NCBI GenBank assembly: GCA_965223325.1
Contig: CBDCWI010000002.1
Location: 1,600,001 to 1,664,000, forward strand
DNA from: Candidatus Multivoradales bacterium
GTDB lineage: Bacteria > Acidobacteriota > Thermoanaerobaculia > Multivoradales > Multivoraceae
Reading direction: 5' to 3'
Length of the DNA stretch: 64,000 nt
Below the pieces are notes generated by a model, which had not been told where the DNA came from, searched no databases, and saw nothing but the letters and a program-made list of their open reading frames with translations. Numbering within the stretch: position 1 is the stretch's first letter; the number at the start of each line of letters is the position of its first letter. This document shows, piece after piece, positions 30,802-40,911 of this stretch. Made by a program: the position numbers and the translations under genes.

Positions 30802-31035
30802 TCAGGAGGCGTGCGCCTCGATGTAGTTGGTGGCGTCCTGGACGCGACCGATCTTCTCGGCGTCTTCGTCCGGGATTTCGATACCGAACTCTTCTTCGAA
30901 CGCCATCACGAGCTCGACGATGTCGAGGGAATCGGCTCCGAGGTCATCGGTGAAGCTCGCCTCAGCGGTCACCTCGTCGGCATCCACACCGAGCTGATCC
31001 ACGATGATGGTCTTTACCTTGTCTGCAGTGGACAT
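30802..31035 (-). CDS. acpP: Acyl carrier protein
   Basis: [32 protein letters not shown]. Confidence 0.98.
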   Translation of the reverse strand: MSTADKVKTIIVDQLGVDADEVTAEASFTDDLGADSLDIVELVMAFEEEFGIEIPDEDAEKIGRVQDATNYIEAHAS

Positions 31036-31324
31036 CGTCTCTCCTTGCTTTCCGTCCGCCCCCTCGGGGACCGAATGTTGGACCGGGCCGATGTGGACCG
31101 TGGACCGCGGGGCGGAACTCTCTATTCGCCAAAAGTTGCCTTCGAGCGCACCGATTCTGTAACCGGACCCGAATCAACCACAAAAAGCGTTCTTTTGTTC
31201 CAGGTTTCTTTCGTCGGGGTCACGGGCGTGACCGCTCGAGGGTTTCGTGGACTTCATTCTGTCAGGGTTTCCGGCGGCTGTCATCGGCCGCCTAGAGACC
31301 GTTCCCGGGGGCTTTTTGCTCCCC

Positions 31325-32071
31325 TCAGCCGATGAACAGGCCACCGCTCACGTTGAGCACCTCGCCGGTGACATACGACGCCTCGTCGCTGGCCAGGTAC
31401 ACGATCGCCGGCGCGATGTCGTCCGGCGCCCCCAGTCGGCCGAGGGCGATCCCATCCTCGAGGCGCTCCTGCTGCGCCTGGTCGAGGCCCGCCGTCATGT
31501 CGGTCTCGACGTAGCCCGGCGCTACGACGTTGACGGTGATGCCCCGACTACCCAGCTCCTTGGCCAATGAACGCGCAAACCCCATCAAACCCGCTTTGGA
31601 TGCTGCGTAGTTTGCCTGGCCCGGGTTTCCCATCAGGCCGACCACCGAGGACACGATCACAATGCGACCGAAGCGCCGCTTCATCATGCCGCGCACGAGC
31701 TGGCGGGTGAGCAGAAACGTACCCGTGAGGTTGACCCGCAGAACGTCCTCCCACTGCTCGGGCTTCATCCGGGCGAGCACATTGTCGGCCGTCATGCCGG
31801 CGTTGTGGACGACGATGTCGGGCGCCTCGAAGGGCGCCGCGAGCGAACCGACTGCCTCCTCGATCGACTCGGCGGACCCGAGGTCCATGACCAGGGGTAG
31901 GGCCTCGCCACCGTCGGCACGCAGTTCTTCGGCCAGCCGCTCGAGGGGCTCGAGCGACCTGGCTGCCAACACCACCCGTGCACCCTGCGCCGCCAGACGA
32001 CGCGCCGTGGCTTCCCCGATTCCGCGAGACGCCCCCGTGATCAGGGCAGTTCTTCCTTCGAGTCGAAACAC
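31325..32071 (-). CDS. fabG: 3-oxoacyl-ACP reductase
   Basis: TGASRGIG, HNAG, NYAASK and VAPGYVETDMT. Confidence 0.96.
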   Translation of the reverse strand: MFRLEGRTALITGASRGIGEATARRLAAQGARVVLAARSLEPLERLAEELRADGGEALPLVMDLGSAESIEEAVGSLAAPFEAPDIVVHNAGMTADNVLARMKPEQWEDVLRVNLTGTFLLTRQLVRGMMKRRFGRIVIVSSVVGLMGNPGQANYAASKAGLMGFARSLAKELGSRGITVNVVAPGYVETDMTAGLDQAQQERLEDGIALGRLGAPDDIAPAIVYLASDEASYVTGEVLNVSGGLFIG

Positions 32072-32107
32072 CGCGAGTTCTCCTTCGTTGGCGATTCGGC
32101 GAACCGT

Positions 32108-33025
32108 CTAAGACTGGGCCGGCAGGGACTGGGGATCGGTGATCGAAGTAGGACGCACTCCTTTGAGGATCCTCTTGACCATGCCGCTCAGTACCTTACC
32201 GGGCCCAACCTCGACCCAGGCCTCGGCCCCGAGCTCTTCGGCACAACGAATCGAGTCGACCCAACGCACGGCACCGTCGATCTGACGCACCAGGGCGTCG
32301 CGGGCCGCGTCACCGGTGGTGACCGCCCGCGCGTCGACATTGGTGATCACCGGTACCTCGGGGTCGCGAAAGGTCGTCTCCGCCAGGAGCGGCGCCATGA
32401 CCTCGCGCGCCGGTGCCATCAACGAGCAATGAAACGGTGCCGAAACCGGCAGTTCGATGGCCCGTTTGGCGCCTGCCGCCAAGGCTCTCTCTGAGGCCCG
32501 CGCGACCGCCGCTGTCTCGCCGGCGATCACGATCTGGCCGGGGGCATTGTCGTTGGCGATCTCACAGACCTCGTCACCGGCTGACTCGGCAACCACCAGC
32601 TCGAGTTCGCCGCGCTCGAGCCCAATGATCGCAGCCATCGCACCGACGCCAACCGGCACCGCGGCCTGCATCGCCTCGCCGCGTCGACGCACCATCCGCA
32701 ACGCGTCACCGAGTTCGAGAACCGAGGCTGCCACCAGCGCCGAATACTCACCCAGGCTGTGTCCCGCCACCAGGTCGGGGACGACGCCACGTTCGGCCAC
32801 CACCCGCTGGATGGCCACCGAAGTCGCGAGGATCGCCGGCTGGGCGTTCGCGGTCAGCTGAAGTTCTTCTTCGGGACCCTCGAAGCACAGCTGCGAAAGC
32901 GCAAAGCCGAGGGCATCGTCAGCCTCCTCGAAGACCGCGCGGGCGGTCGGGTACTCGAGCGCAAACGCATGTCCCATGCCCACCGCCTGCGAGCCCTGGC
33001 CGGGAAACAAGAAAGCCGTCTTCAT
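32108..33025 (-). CDS. fabD: Malonyl-CoA:ACP transacylase
   Basis: FLFPGQGSQ, AGHSLGEY and VSAPFHCSLM. Confidence 0.97.
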   Translation of the reverse strand: MKTAFLFPGQGSQAVGMGHAFALEYPTARAVFEEADDALGFALSQLCFEGPEEELQLTANAQPAILATSVAIQRVVAERGVVPDLVAGHSLGEYSALVAASVLELGDALRMVRRRGEAMQAAVPVGVGAMAAIIGLERGELELVVAESAGDEVCEIANDNAPGQIVIAGETAAVARASERALAAGAKRAIELPVSAPFHCSLMAPAREVMAPLLAETTFRDPEVPVITNVDARAVTTGDAARDALVRQIDGAVRWVDSIRCAEELGAEAWVEVGPGKVLSGMVKRILKGVRPTSITDPQSLPAQS

Positions 33026-33063
33026 GATGCCCTCCGCACTGAGAGATCCTCTCGCAGATCGCG

Positions 33064-34122
33064 TCAACCGACCTCGGAAGCCGGAGGCTGATCCAGGCGC
33101 TCTCCATCAGCCGACTCCAGCCGATGGAGCCGTTCGAGTTGGTCGCTGATCTTGCGCGCCGTGTCGTGCTCACAGAACTCGACCGCCCGTCGGATCGCAT
33201 TCTTGATCGCATTCGCGTTCGAGCGCCCGTGAGCGATGAAGCAGCCGCCCTCGAGCCCGAGCAGTGGCGCACCGCCGTACTCGCTGTAGTCGAGCCGTTT
33301 CCGAAACGCCTTGACCGCCGGCATCGCGAGCAGCATGCCGACCTTGGCGACCGGGTAACGATCGAGCTCCTCTTTCAACATACCGGTCATCAACTCGGCC
33401 ATCGTCTCGGCACTCTTGAGCAGAACGTTGCCAACGAAACCGTCGCACACCATGACGTCGCAGGTTCCGCGGAAGATGTCACCGCCCTCGGCGTTACCGA
33501 TGAAGTTGAGCCCCGATGCCTCGATCAGCTCGAAGGTCTCGCGCGTTGAGTCGTTGCCCTTGCCTTCTTCCTCGCCGATCGAGAGCAGACCGAGGCGTGG
33601 CTCTTCGATACCGAACACCTCATGAGCGTAGAAGTGACCCATGACGGCAAACTGCCGCAATTGCTCCGGTTTGGCGTCGACGTTGGCACCGACGTCGACA
33701 ACCAGGGTTCGCCCGGTGACGTTGGGGAGCACCGCGCCAAGTGCCGGCCGATCGACACCCGGGCTGGTGCCGATCACCATCTTGGCCGCGATCATCACGG
33801 CGCCGGTGTTGCCGGCGCTCACGAACGCGCCGGCGCGACCTTCCCGAACCATCTGCGTGCCAATGCGGATCGACGAGCGGCGCTTCTTGCGAATTGGCGT
33901 GATCGCCGGCTCGTGCATTCCGACCACCTCGTCGGCGTGCTCGATCGCAAGACGCGCGCGCACATCGGCCGGCACCTGATCGCGATCGAGAACCGCCTCG
34001 ATGCGTTCACGCTGACCGACCAGGAGAACCTCGGTGCCATCGTCGCGCACGGCCTCCACAGCACCACGAACCGGGTCTTCCGGTGCGGAGTCGCCGCCCA
34101 TCGCGTCGAGCGCGATCAACAA
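33064..34122 (-). CDS. plsX: Phosphate acyltransferase
   Basis: IALDAMGGD, SAGNTGA, DVGANVD, DGFVGNVLLK and IAHGRS. Confidence 0.96.
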   Translation of the reverse strand: MLIALDAMGGDSAPEDPVRGAVEAVRDDGTEVLLVGQRERIEAVLDRDQVPADVRARLAIEHADEVVGMHEPAITPIRKKRRSSIRIGTQMVREGRAGAFVSAGNTGAVMIAAKMVIGTSPGVDRPALGAVLPNVTGRTLVVDVGANVDAKPEQLRQFAVMGHFYAHEVFGIEEPRLGLLSIGEEEGKGNDSTRETFELIEASGLNFIGNAEGGDIFRGTCDVMVCDGFVGNVLLKSAETMAELMTGMLKEELDRYPVAKVGMLLAMPAVKAFRKRLDYSEYGGAPLLGLEGGCFIAHGRSNANAIKNAIRRAVEFCEHDTARKISDQLERLHRLESADGERLDQPPASEVG

Positions 34123-34198
34123 GGCTAGGCAGCCTCGTCAGAAAACAGTGGGATCGGCCTTCGACGAACGAAGATCGTGCCGCTCACGAGCAAACGGC

Positions 34199-34384
34199 TC
34201 AGAAACCGTCTTCGACCTGAACGACTTCACGACCCTTGAAGTGGCCGCACTGGCGGCAGGCGCGATGGGGCAGCTTGACCTCACCACAGTTGGTGCACAC
34301 CGAACTGGCTGGCTGGTCGATGGCGTCGTGGGCGCGCCGACGGTTGCGGCGGGCCTTGGAGTGGCGTCTCTTGGGATTTGGCAT
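34199..34384 (-). CDS. rpmF: 50S ribosomal protein L32 (Zn-ribbon, C+ type)
   Basis: MPNPKRRHSKARRNRRRAH...CTNCG..KLPHRACRQCGHFKGR. Confidence 0.97.
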   Translation of the reverse strand: MPNPKRRHSKARRNRRRAHDAIDQPASSVCTNCGEVKLPHRACRQCGHFKGREVVQVEDGF

Positions 34385-34534
34385 CTCTTCTTTATCTCCT
34401 GAAGTTCTCGTTCGGCGCACCGAAACCGAGAGCCGTTCTGGATGGGGTCAAGTCCTATTCTGACTGGTATCGGCCCGGACTGCGAGCTTTCTCTCTTTTA
34501 GTGTCTTCGCGGGATGCTCTCGATCAGGCCTCGG

Positions 34535-35062
34535 TCAGGCCTCGGGCAGCTGATCGCGCAGACCCGCAAGTGCCGACCAACGAGGGTCAGACTCTTCCTC
34601 GCAGTCACAGCCTTCTCGCCGCGGTGTTCCACACGACGGGCAAAGCCCCTGACAGTCGTCACGACAGAGGGGTTTCATGGGGACATTGAGCATCATCTGC
34701 TGGTGCACCAGGGGATCCGTATCGATCGAGTCGCCCTCGAGTGCCACCACGTCGAGATCGTCGGCCTGAAGCTCGAGATCCTCGGGCAGGTCTGTTTCAG
34801 CTGTCTGCTCGACCGCGACCATGGTCACGCGATCCTCGACCGCAACGACGAAAGCCGCCAAGCAGCGGTCGCAGTGGAGCGTCTGTTCGTACTGGATGCC
34901 GCCATCGACCAGGAACCCAGGGCGCACGAAAGAAACCTGGCCGTCGCAGGCAACCGGACCGATGGCGGAGACGGCCGGATTGCCGAGAACCGCGGGCTCG
35001 ACGGCCAGCGTTTCTCGCCACGCCATCACGTCGTTGCGTATGTCTTCGAGGTGAAATCGCAT
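34535..35062 (-). CDS. yceD: DUF177/YceD family protein
   Basis: CDRCL, PMKPLCRDDCQGLCPSCG and DPRWSAL. Located upstream of rpmF. Confidence 0.92.
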   Translation of the reverse strand: MRFHLEDIRNDVMAWRETLAVEPAVLGNPAVSAIGPVACDGQVSFVRPGFLVDGGIQYEQTLHCDRCLAAFVVAVEDRVTMVAVEQTAETDLPEDLELQADDLDVVALEGDSIDTDPLVHQQMMLNVPMKPLCRDDCQGLCPSCGTPRREGCDCEEESDPRWSALAGLRDQLPEA

Positions 35063-35318
35063 GAATGATCTCTCGCGCCGGGCCTCAGAAAACCTGAGCC
35101 CTTCAAAGGGCGCACGGTGAGCTTCTGGGCACGGAGGCGTTTGGCGGCCCCTGTCGGTCTCGGAGGCGCTCGGCTGGGACAGGAGCCGTCGACTGTGCCT
35201 CGCTGCCGGGTGGGCATCGCCATGACAAGCGTCCGCTGGCATCTCCTCAGGAAGCATGCCGCGACCTTCGAGCGCCAGCGCCAGTCGGCCACGCCTTCAG
35301 ACTCGCCAGGAAGCGCGA

Positions 35319-35347
35319 ATCCTAGGCGATCGCGCCCCTCCGGTCAA
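35319..35347 (-). promoter_or_regulatory. Sigma-70 promoter for yceD-rpmF-plsX-fab
   Basis: TTGACC-17 nt-TAGGAT on the minus strand. Confidence 0.65.
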
Positions 35348-35391
35348 CGCATCGATCACCCTCCACGAAGTGGCCTGCACCGCCTCGAGGC

Positions 35392-36768
35392 TCAATCGCC
35401 GGCAGTCGCCAGGAGGGCCTCGGCGGCCCCCATCTCGAGGCGCAGTTGACCGTCCGCCGAGACTTCGAGGTAGGCGATTTCCTGGTCGCTCCAGGGGCGC
35501 AGCACGGTTTCCCAGTCGCGCCAACGACGGCGCTCCCGCCGCGAGACCAGCGGCACCGCCGACAGGCCGTCGGCAATCGTCGCCGCCATTTCGGCCATCA
35601 GGTCGGGCCGCAGCCAGACCATGAGACCCACTTCGGGATTCCCTGCCAGCGCCTTCTCGAGCGCCAGCTCGATCTCCGGTAACAGCTGACGGGCCCGCGC
35701 GCGCGAGGCACGATCGAGTGCTACCAGCCGCCAGGAACCGACGCTCTCTTCGTCCAGATCGACACCGAGGGTGCGCGCCAGGCTCTCGGCGGGAAGCTCG
35801 AACCGGCGCTGGCTTCCCGCGGTGAGTGTCGCGGCGCTCGGAAGGCTCATGCGACCGGCCAGCACCTCGGTTTCGACGACCAGGAGCGCTCGCGCATCCG
35901 TAGTCGATGTCCCGCTGGCCTCGAGTGCCAGCAGGTAGTTGCCCTGCTCGAGGATGGTGCGCGCCTCTTTGGTTGCCGCACTGGCGGCTGATTCGCCGAG
36001 CGCTCCCCGGGGGAGAAGCTCAAAGGCCGCGAAACCGTGGACGCCGGCGGTGCGTAGGAGTTGATGCTCCCCGGCCGGCACCGGCCCCAGAGCACGCGCC
36101 AGGGCGAAGCGCAGGAGCGCCGGCGGTTCACCAGCTGCTCCCGACGGCGTCGGCCTCGCACGACGGCCGCCCTCCCCACCGCTGGGGCTCTCGAGAGTCC
36201 AGGTCAACCCGATCCAACGCACCTGCCCCGCTCGGCCATCGACTTCGACGTCGCCACCACGCAGCCAGGGATTGCCCGCCAGCCAACCCGCCACGCGACC
36301 GACGACTGCCATCGACGGATAGATGCGTGCAACGACCTCCAGGCGACTCTCAGCCTCCGCCGCGTCCGACCAGGCGATGGCGAGCTCGCGCGCCGGCGGA
36401 ACGCGGAAGGGGCCGAACCCGGGGAGCGACGGCGCCTCGGCATCGCCTTCACCGCCGAGACGCCACAGTGCGGCGACGAAGTCGTCGCCACCGGTGACCC
36501 GGGAGAGCCGCCCCAGGTTCTGATGCGGGTACGGAATCCACACCCGGTAGTCGAACGAATCGTCGTCCAGGACGGCTCGAACCAGCGGGGCCCGAGGAGT
36601 GGCCGAGCGCTCGCGTGGGCCGTACCAGTACGCCAGGTGAGCCAGACCGGCGAGGAGCAGCACGAGCACCACCAGGGCGGCCCGCCAACTCAGCCGGGAG
36701 CGTGACCCGTCGGTGACCGCCCGCGGCGATGAGTCCGCTCGCGACAGCTTTGCCTTGACCCGCTTCAT
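35392..36768 (-). CDS. Hypothetical membrane-anchored protein
   Basis: 458-aa ORF with one N-terminal TM segment, filling the gap. No family recognised. Confidence 0.7.
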   Translation of the reverse strand: MKRVKAKLSRADSSPRAVTDGSRSRLSWRAALVVLVLLLAGLAHLAYWYGPRERSATPRAPLVRAVLDDDSFDYRVWIPYPHQNLGRLSRVTGGDDFVAALWRLGGEGDAEAPSLPGFGPFRVPPARELAIAWSDAAEAESRLEVVARIYPSMAVVGRVAGWLAGNPWLRGGDVEVDGRAGQVRWIGLTWTLESPSGGEGGRRARPTPSGAAGEPPALLRFALARALGPVPAGEHQLLRTAGVHGFAAFELLPRGALGESAASAATKEARTILEQGNYLLALEASGTSTTDARALLVVETEVLAGRMSLPSAATLTAGSQRRFELPAESLARTLGVDLDEESVGSWRLVALDRASRARARQLLPEIELALEKALAGNPEVGLMVWLRPDLMAEMAATIADGLSAVPLVSRRERRRWRDWETVLRPWSDQEIAYLEVSADGQLRLEMGAAEALLATAGD

Positions 36769-36836
36769 CGAGGTCGCAGTCTACGCGCGACGGCCGGTAC
36801 CGAGAGATCGCCAGTCCCGGTATCGTTAGCGTCCTC

Positions 36837-38039
36837 ATGAGTCACGCCATCGCCATCGACGCCCGCAAGCTACGGGACTTCGGAATCGGCACCTACATCC
36901 GTCACCTGCTGGTCGCCCTCGGCGAGATCGACGGTGAGAATCGCTACATCGTGATCACGGCGCGCGAGGAAGATCGCATTCGTTCGCTGCCTGAGAACTT
37001 CGACTTCCTGGTCGACCGCTCGCCGGGGTATTCGATTCGCGAGCTCGTGACCCTCTCCTGGCGACTCTTGCGAACCCGTGTCGATCTCTTCCACGCCACC
37101 CACTACGTGCTGCCAGCCCTGGTGCCGTGCAAATCGGTGGTGACGATTCACGACATCATTCACCTGCTCTACCCCGACTTCCTGCCCAACCGTCTCGCCT
37201 TCTACTACGCCCATCGCATGCTGCGTCGAGCCCTCGAGCGAAGCGATCGGGCGATCGTGGTCTCCCAGAACACCAAGATCGATCTGCTCGAGTACTTCGA
37301 CATCGACGGCAACAAGGTCGAGGTGGTCTACAACGGCGTTTCCGAGCGCTTTCGGGTTCCGACCGAGGATCGGGAGCTCGACGAACGACTCAAGCTGCTC
37401 GACCTGAAGCGTCCGTATCTGTTGTTCGTCGGCAACCCGTCGAAACCACACAAGAACCTCGACAGCGTCGTGCGCGCCTACGCCGAAGCCCGCGAAATTG
37501 CCGACTTCGATGCGCCGCTGGTGTGCGTGGGCGCCCGCGAGGGCTCCGACTTCAAGATCCAGCAACGGGCGCAGCAACTCGGCATCGGCGACCAGGTCCG
37601 CCTCGTCGGCCACGTCGCAGCCGAGGTGTTGCCGGCGATCTACCAGGGCGCGAGTCTCTTCCTCTACCCCACCCTGTACGAGGGCTTCGGGTTGCCGGTG
37701 GTCGAGGCCATGGCGTCAGGCGTGCCGGTGATCACCTCGAACACTTCGGCCCTCAAGGAGATCTCGGAGGGCTACGCCCATCTCGTCTCCCCCCTCGACG
37801 TCTCCGAGATCGCGCGTGCCATCGCCCACTGCATGACCGACTCGGAGCATCGTTCGTCGTTGGCCCGACTCGGCTTGCGGCGTGCGCGGGACTTCTCCTG
37901 GGAGCGCACCGCCCGCCGCACTCTCGACGTCTACATGGCAGCGCTCGGAGAACCACCGGCGACGGACCCGAGCGTCTACGAGAACACCGGTGAGATGCAA
38001 CTCTTCGACGGCGTTGACAGCGGCGACCGAACGTCTTGA
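36837..38039 (+). CDS. Glycosyltransferase family 4 (GT-B)
   Basis: IAIDAR...GIGTY, VTIHD, KPHKNL and YEGFGLPVVEAMASGVPV. Confidence 0.93.
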   Translation: MSHAIAIDARKLRDFGIGTYIRHLLVALGEIDGENRYIVITAREEDRIRSLPENFDFLVDRSPGYSIRELVTLSWRLLRTRVDLFHATHYVLPALVPCKSVVTIHDIIHLLYPDFLPNRLAFYYAHRMLRRALERSDRAIVVSQNTKIDLLEYFDIDGNKVEVVYNGVSERFRVPTEDRELDERLKLLDLKRPYLLFVGNPSKPHKNLDSVVRAYAEAREIADFDAPLVCVGAREGSDFKIQQRAQQLGIGDQVRLVGHVAAEVLPAIYQGASLFLYPTLYEGFGLPVVEAMASGVPVITSNTSALKEISEGYAHLVSPLDVSEIARAIAHCMTDSEHRSSLARLGLRRARDFSWERTARRTLDVYMAALGEPPATDPSVYENTGEMQLFDGVDSGDRTS

Positions 38040-38075
38040 AGTCGAGCCAGAAGCGACACCGACCTGGAACCTGAG

Positions 38076-39221
38076 GTGAAAAGCGACAACCACGCGGCGC
38101 AGAAGCCGGCGCTGGTCCACGACTGGTTGACCGGTATGCGGGGTGGCGAAAAGGTGCTGCTCGAATTGGCGCGTATGTACCCGGAAGCGCCGATCTACAG
38201 CCTCTTCCATTTGCCCGGCTCGCTGTCGGAGGAGCTCGAGAGCCGGGAGATCGAAACCACCTGGCTCAACCATCTGCCGGCACTCGGTCGCTACTACCGC
38301 TACGCCCTGCCGCTTTTTCCGCGTGCCATCGAGAGCCTCGATCTCAGCGAACACGATCTCGTCATCAGCACCAGTCATTGTGTGGCCAAGGCTGTACCGA
38401 CCTCGCCCGGGGCGGTGCACGTCAGCTACTGCCACACCCCGGTGCGCTACGCCTGGGATCAGGAAGCTGCCTACTTCGGCACCAGCCACACACCCTGGGC
38501 GCGCGCCCGCGCCGCCTTCTTCGAGCGCCTGCGCCTGTGGGACACAGCGACCAGCGTGCGCGCCGATCGATTTGTCGCCAACTCGTCGTTCGTGGCCGAA
38601 CGCATCCGGCGCTACTGGGGTCGAGACGCCAGGGTCGTCGCCCCACCGGTCGACACCGAGTTCTTCACCCCGGGTCCGGACGATGAGCCGCCCCGCCGCG
38701 ACTACTGCCTGAGCGTCGCCGCTCTGGCTCCCTACAAGTTGGTCGGTGACGGGATTGAAGCCTGTGCCCGACTGGGAATGCGCATCCTGGTGGTTGGCGA
38801 TGGACCCGAACGGCAAAAGCTCGAGGGGCGCGCCGGCTCGCATGTCGAATGGCTGGGACGGGTCGACGACGAAACCCTGCGCACGCTCTACCGGGGCGCT
38901 CTCTGTCTGTTGCAGCCCGGTGTCGAAGACTTCGGCATCTCGTCGGTCGAGGCGCTGGCCTGCGGTACGCCGGTGGTCGCCCGCGGCGCCGGCGGCATCC
39001 TGGACATCGTCGAGGACCGCGAGCACGGCGTCCTGTTCGACGGCGACGCTAGCGATGGCCCGGCGGCCACCGCCGCCGCGATCGAGACCTGTCGCAGGCT
39101 GCAGTTCAACTCGTTGGATCTCTGCCGGCGGGCAGAGCGCTTCTCGCAGCAGAACTTCCGCCGCTCGATGGCCCAGTGCATCGAAGAGGCGACGACCGCG
39201 GTTCGCCGCCAGCAGGGCTAG
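38076..39221 (+). CDS. Glycosyltransferase family 4
   Basis: VHDWLTGMRGGEKVL, YCHTPVRYAW and EDFGISSVEALACGTPV. Confidence 0.93.
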   Translation: MKSDNHAAQKPALVHDWLTGMRGGEKVLLELARMYPEAPIYSLFHLPGSLSEELESREIETTWLNHLPALGRYYRYALPLFPRAIESLDLSEHDLVISTSHCVAKAVPTSPGAVHVSYCHTPVRYAWDQEAAYFGTSHTPWARARAAFFERLRLWDTATSVRADRFVANSSFVAERIRRYWGRDARVVAPPVDTEFFTPGPDDEPPRRDYCLSVAALAPYKLVGDGIEACARLGMRILVVGDGPERQKLEGRAGSHVEWLGRVDDETLRTLYRGALCLLQPGVEDFGISSVEALACGTPVVARGAGGILDIVEDREHGVLFDGDASDGPAATAAAIETCRRLQFNSLDLCRRAERFSQQNFRRSMAQCIEEATTAVRRQQG

Positions 39222-39474
39222 CGGGCCGCCATTTCCTCCAGAAATTTGATTCAACCGGTGGACAGACGGCCCCGATCGGCACAGAATATGGGGAACCGAC
39301 ATCCGCCAGGCGGGTGAGTCACCGGCAGGGAGGCACCCCTGGGCACCACTTGGGGGCCGTGCCGGTGTAGGTTGCAGAAGGTCTACTTCGAACTCGAATC
39401 CAAGGGACACCGCCTCTAGAGGGCGTACCTTTCTTTTCTTCGGGGACCGGCTCAGGGAGCGCGGCCGGCAGGGG

Positions 39475-40911
39475 ATGGAGGAGATTGGCTTGATCGATCA
39501 GCGACACCGGCGCACGGCCGTGCTCTACCTGGCGAACGACCTCGCCATGGTGGTCGCCGCCTTCCTCGCCGCCTGGTATCTGCGCTTCGAGTTGCAGTAC
39601 GTGCCCATCGAAGGAGACGTGCCAGCGTTTTCTCCCTACACCCGTCTGTTGCCCGTGATGCTCCTGGTCTGGCCGACGGTCTTCTACTTTCACGGTCTCT
39701 ACCAACCGCGCCGACTGCTCAGTCGAGTCGACGAGACGGTCGCTCTCACCATCGCGGTCCTCCTCGGCACAACCTTCCTGGTCGCAGGCACCGCGCTCTA
39801 TCGACCAGAAGTCGCAGGGACGCCGTTTACCTTCAGTCGCGTCTTCCTGGGGACCTTCTTCGCCACCAACCTGGTGATGACTGCGACCGGGCGCTTCATG
39901 TTGCGCTCCCTCTTGCGCTGGGTGCGCGTCCGCGGTCACAACATCCAGCGCATCCTGGTCGTCGGTGCCGGCAAGCTCGGCAAAGAGATCACCCAGAAAC
40001 TCCTCGGCCATCGAGAGCTGGGCCTCGAAGTGGTCGGGTTTCTCGACGATGATCTGGGCAAGGCCAAGGGTGAGTACTTCGGAGTGCCGGTGATCGGAAC
40101 GCTCGACGACGTCTCGGGCGTGATCGAACGGCAGAGAATCGACCAGGTGATGATCGCGCTCCCCCTCGATGCCTGGAAGAAGACCCAGCGGGTCCTCGAA
40201 CAGGCTGGCAACGAGTGTGTCGACGTCAAGGTCGTGCCGGACGTGTTTCAGTACGCCACCCTGCGCGCCTCGCTCGAAGAACTCGACGGCACCCCGGTCA
40301 TCAACCTCTCCCAGGTTCCGCTGCAGGGCTTTCGCGGCCTGGCCAAGCGCGGCATCGACGTCGCGCTGTCGGGCGTTCTGATGCTTCTCCTTCTGCCCCT
40401 CCTGCCCTTCGTAGCGGCGCTGATCTGGCTCGAAGATCACGGCCCCGTGTTCTACCGCCAGGAACGCATGGGCCTCGACGGTAGGCCTTTCATGATGCTC
40501 AAGCTGCGCTCGATGCGGGTCAACGCCGAGTCGACCACCGGGCCGGTATGGGCAGTTCGCGACGATCCGCGCCGCACACGATTCGGCGCCTTCCTACGTC
40601 GCACCTCGCTCGATGAGCTCCCGCAGCTCTGGAACGTCTTCCTGGGCGAGATGTCGCTCGTCGGGCCACGCCCCGAGCGCCCGACGTTCGTCTCCGAGTT
40701 CCGCCAGGAGATTCCGAATTACATGGTCCGCCATCGCGTCAAAGCCGGCATCACCGGCTGGGCGCAGGTGCATGGCTGGCGTGGCAACACGTCGATCAAG
40801 AAGCGCCTGCAGTACGACCTCTACTACATCCAGAACTGGACCCTGGGGCTCGACCTGAAGATCATGTGGATGACTCTGCGCCACGCGATGCAGCATCGCA
40901 ACGCGTACTAG
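39475..40911 (+). CDS. Undecaprenyl-phosphate glucose phosphotransferase (WcaJ/CpsE-type priming transferase)
   Basis: N-terminal TMs, VVGAG, KRGIDV, GPVFYRQERMG, SLDELPQLWNV..GEMSLVGPRPERP and KAGITGWAQV. Confidence 0.93.
   Translation: MEEIGLIDQRHRRTAVLYLANDLAMVVAAFLAAWYLRFELQYVPIEGDVPAFSPYTRLLPVMLLVWPTVFYFHGLYQPRRLLSRVDETVALTIAVLLGTTFLVAGTALYRPEVAGTPFTFSRVFLGTFFATNLVMTATGRFMLRSLLRWVRVRGHNIQRILVVGAGKLGKEITQKLLGHRELGLEVVGFLDDDLGKAKGEYFGVPVIGTLDDVSGVIERQRIDQVMIALPLDAWKKTQRVLEQAGNECVDVKVVPDVFQYATLRASLEELDGTPVINLSQVPLQGFRGLAKRGIDVALSGVLMLLLLPLLPFVAALIWLEDHGPVFYRQERMGLDGRPFMMLKLRSMRVNAESTTGPVWAVRDDPRRTRFGAFLRRTSLDELPQLWNVFLGEMSLVGPRPERPTFVSEFRQEIPNYMVRHRVKAGITGWAQVHGWRGNTSIKKRLQYDLYYIQNWTLGLDLKIMWMTLRHAMQHRNAY

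Noticed and set aside
37716-39410. 564-aa antisense ORF and many similar long shadow ORFs (e.g. 6257-7426, 25799-27034)
   Set aside because: These are typical stop-poor shadow frames of high-GC coding DNA, opposite well-supported genes.
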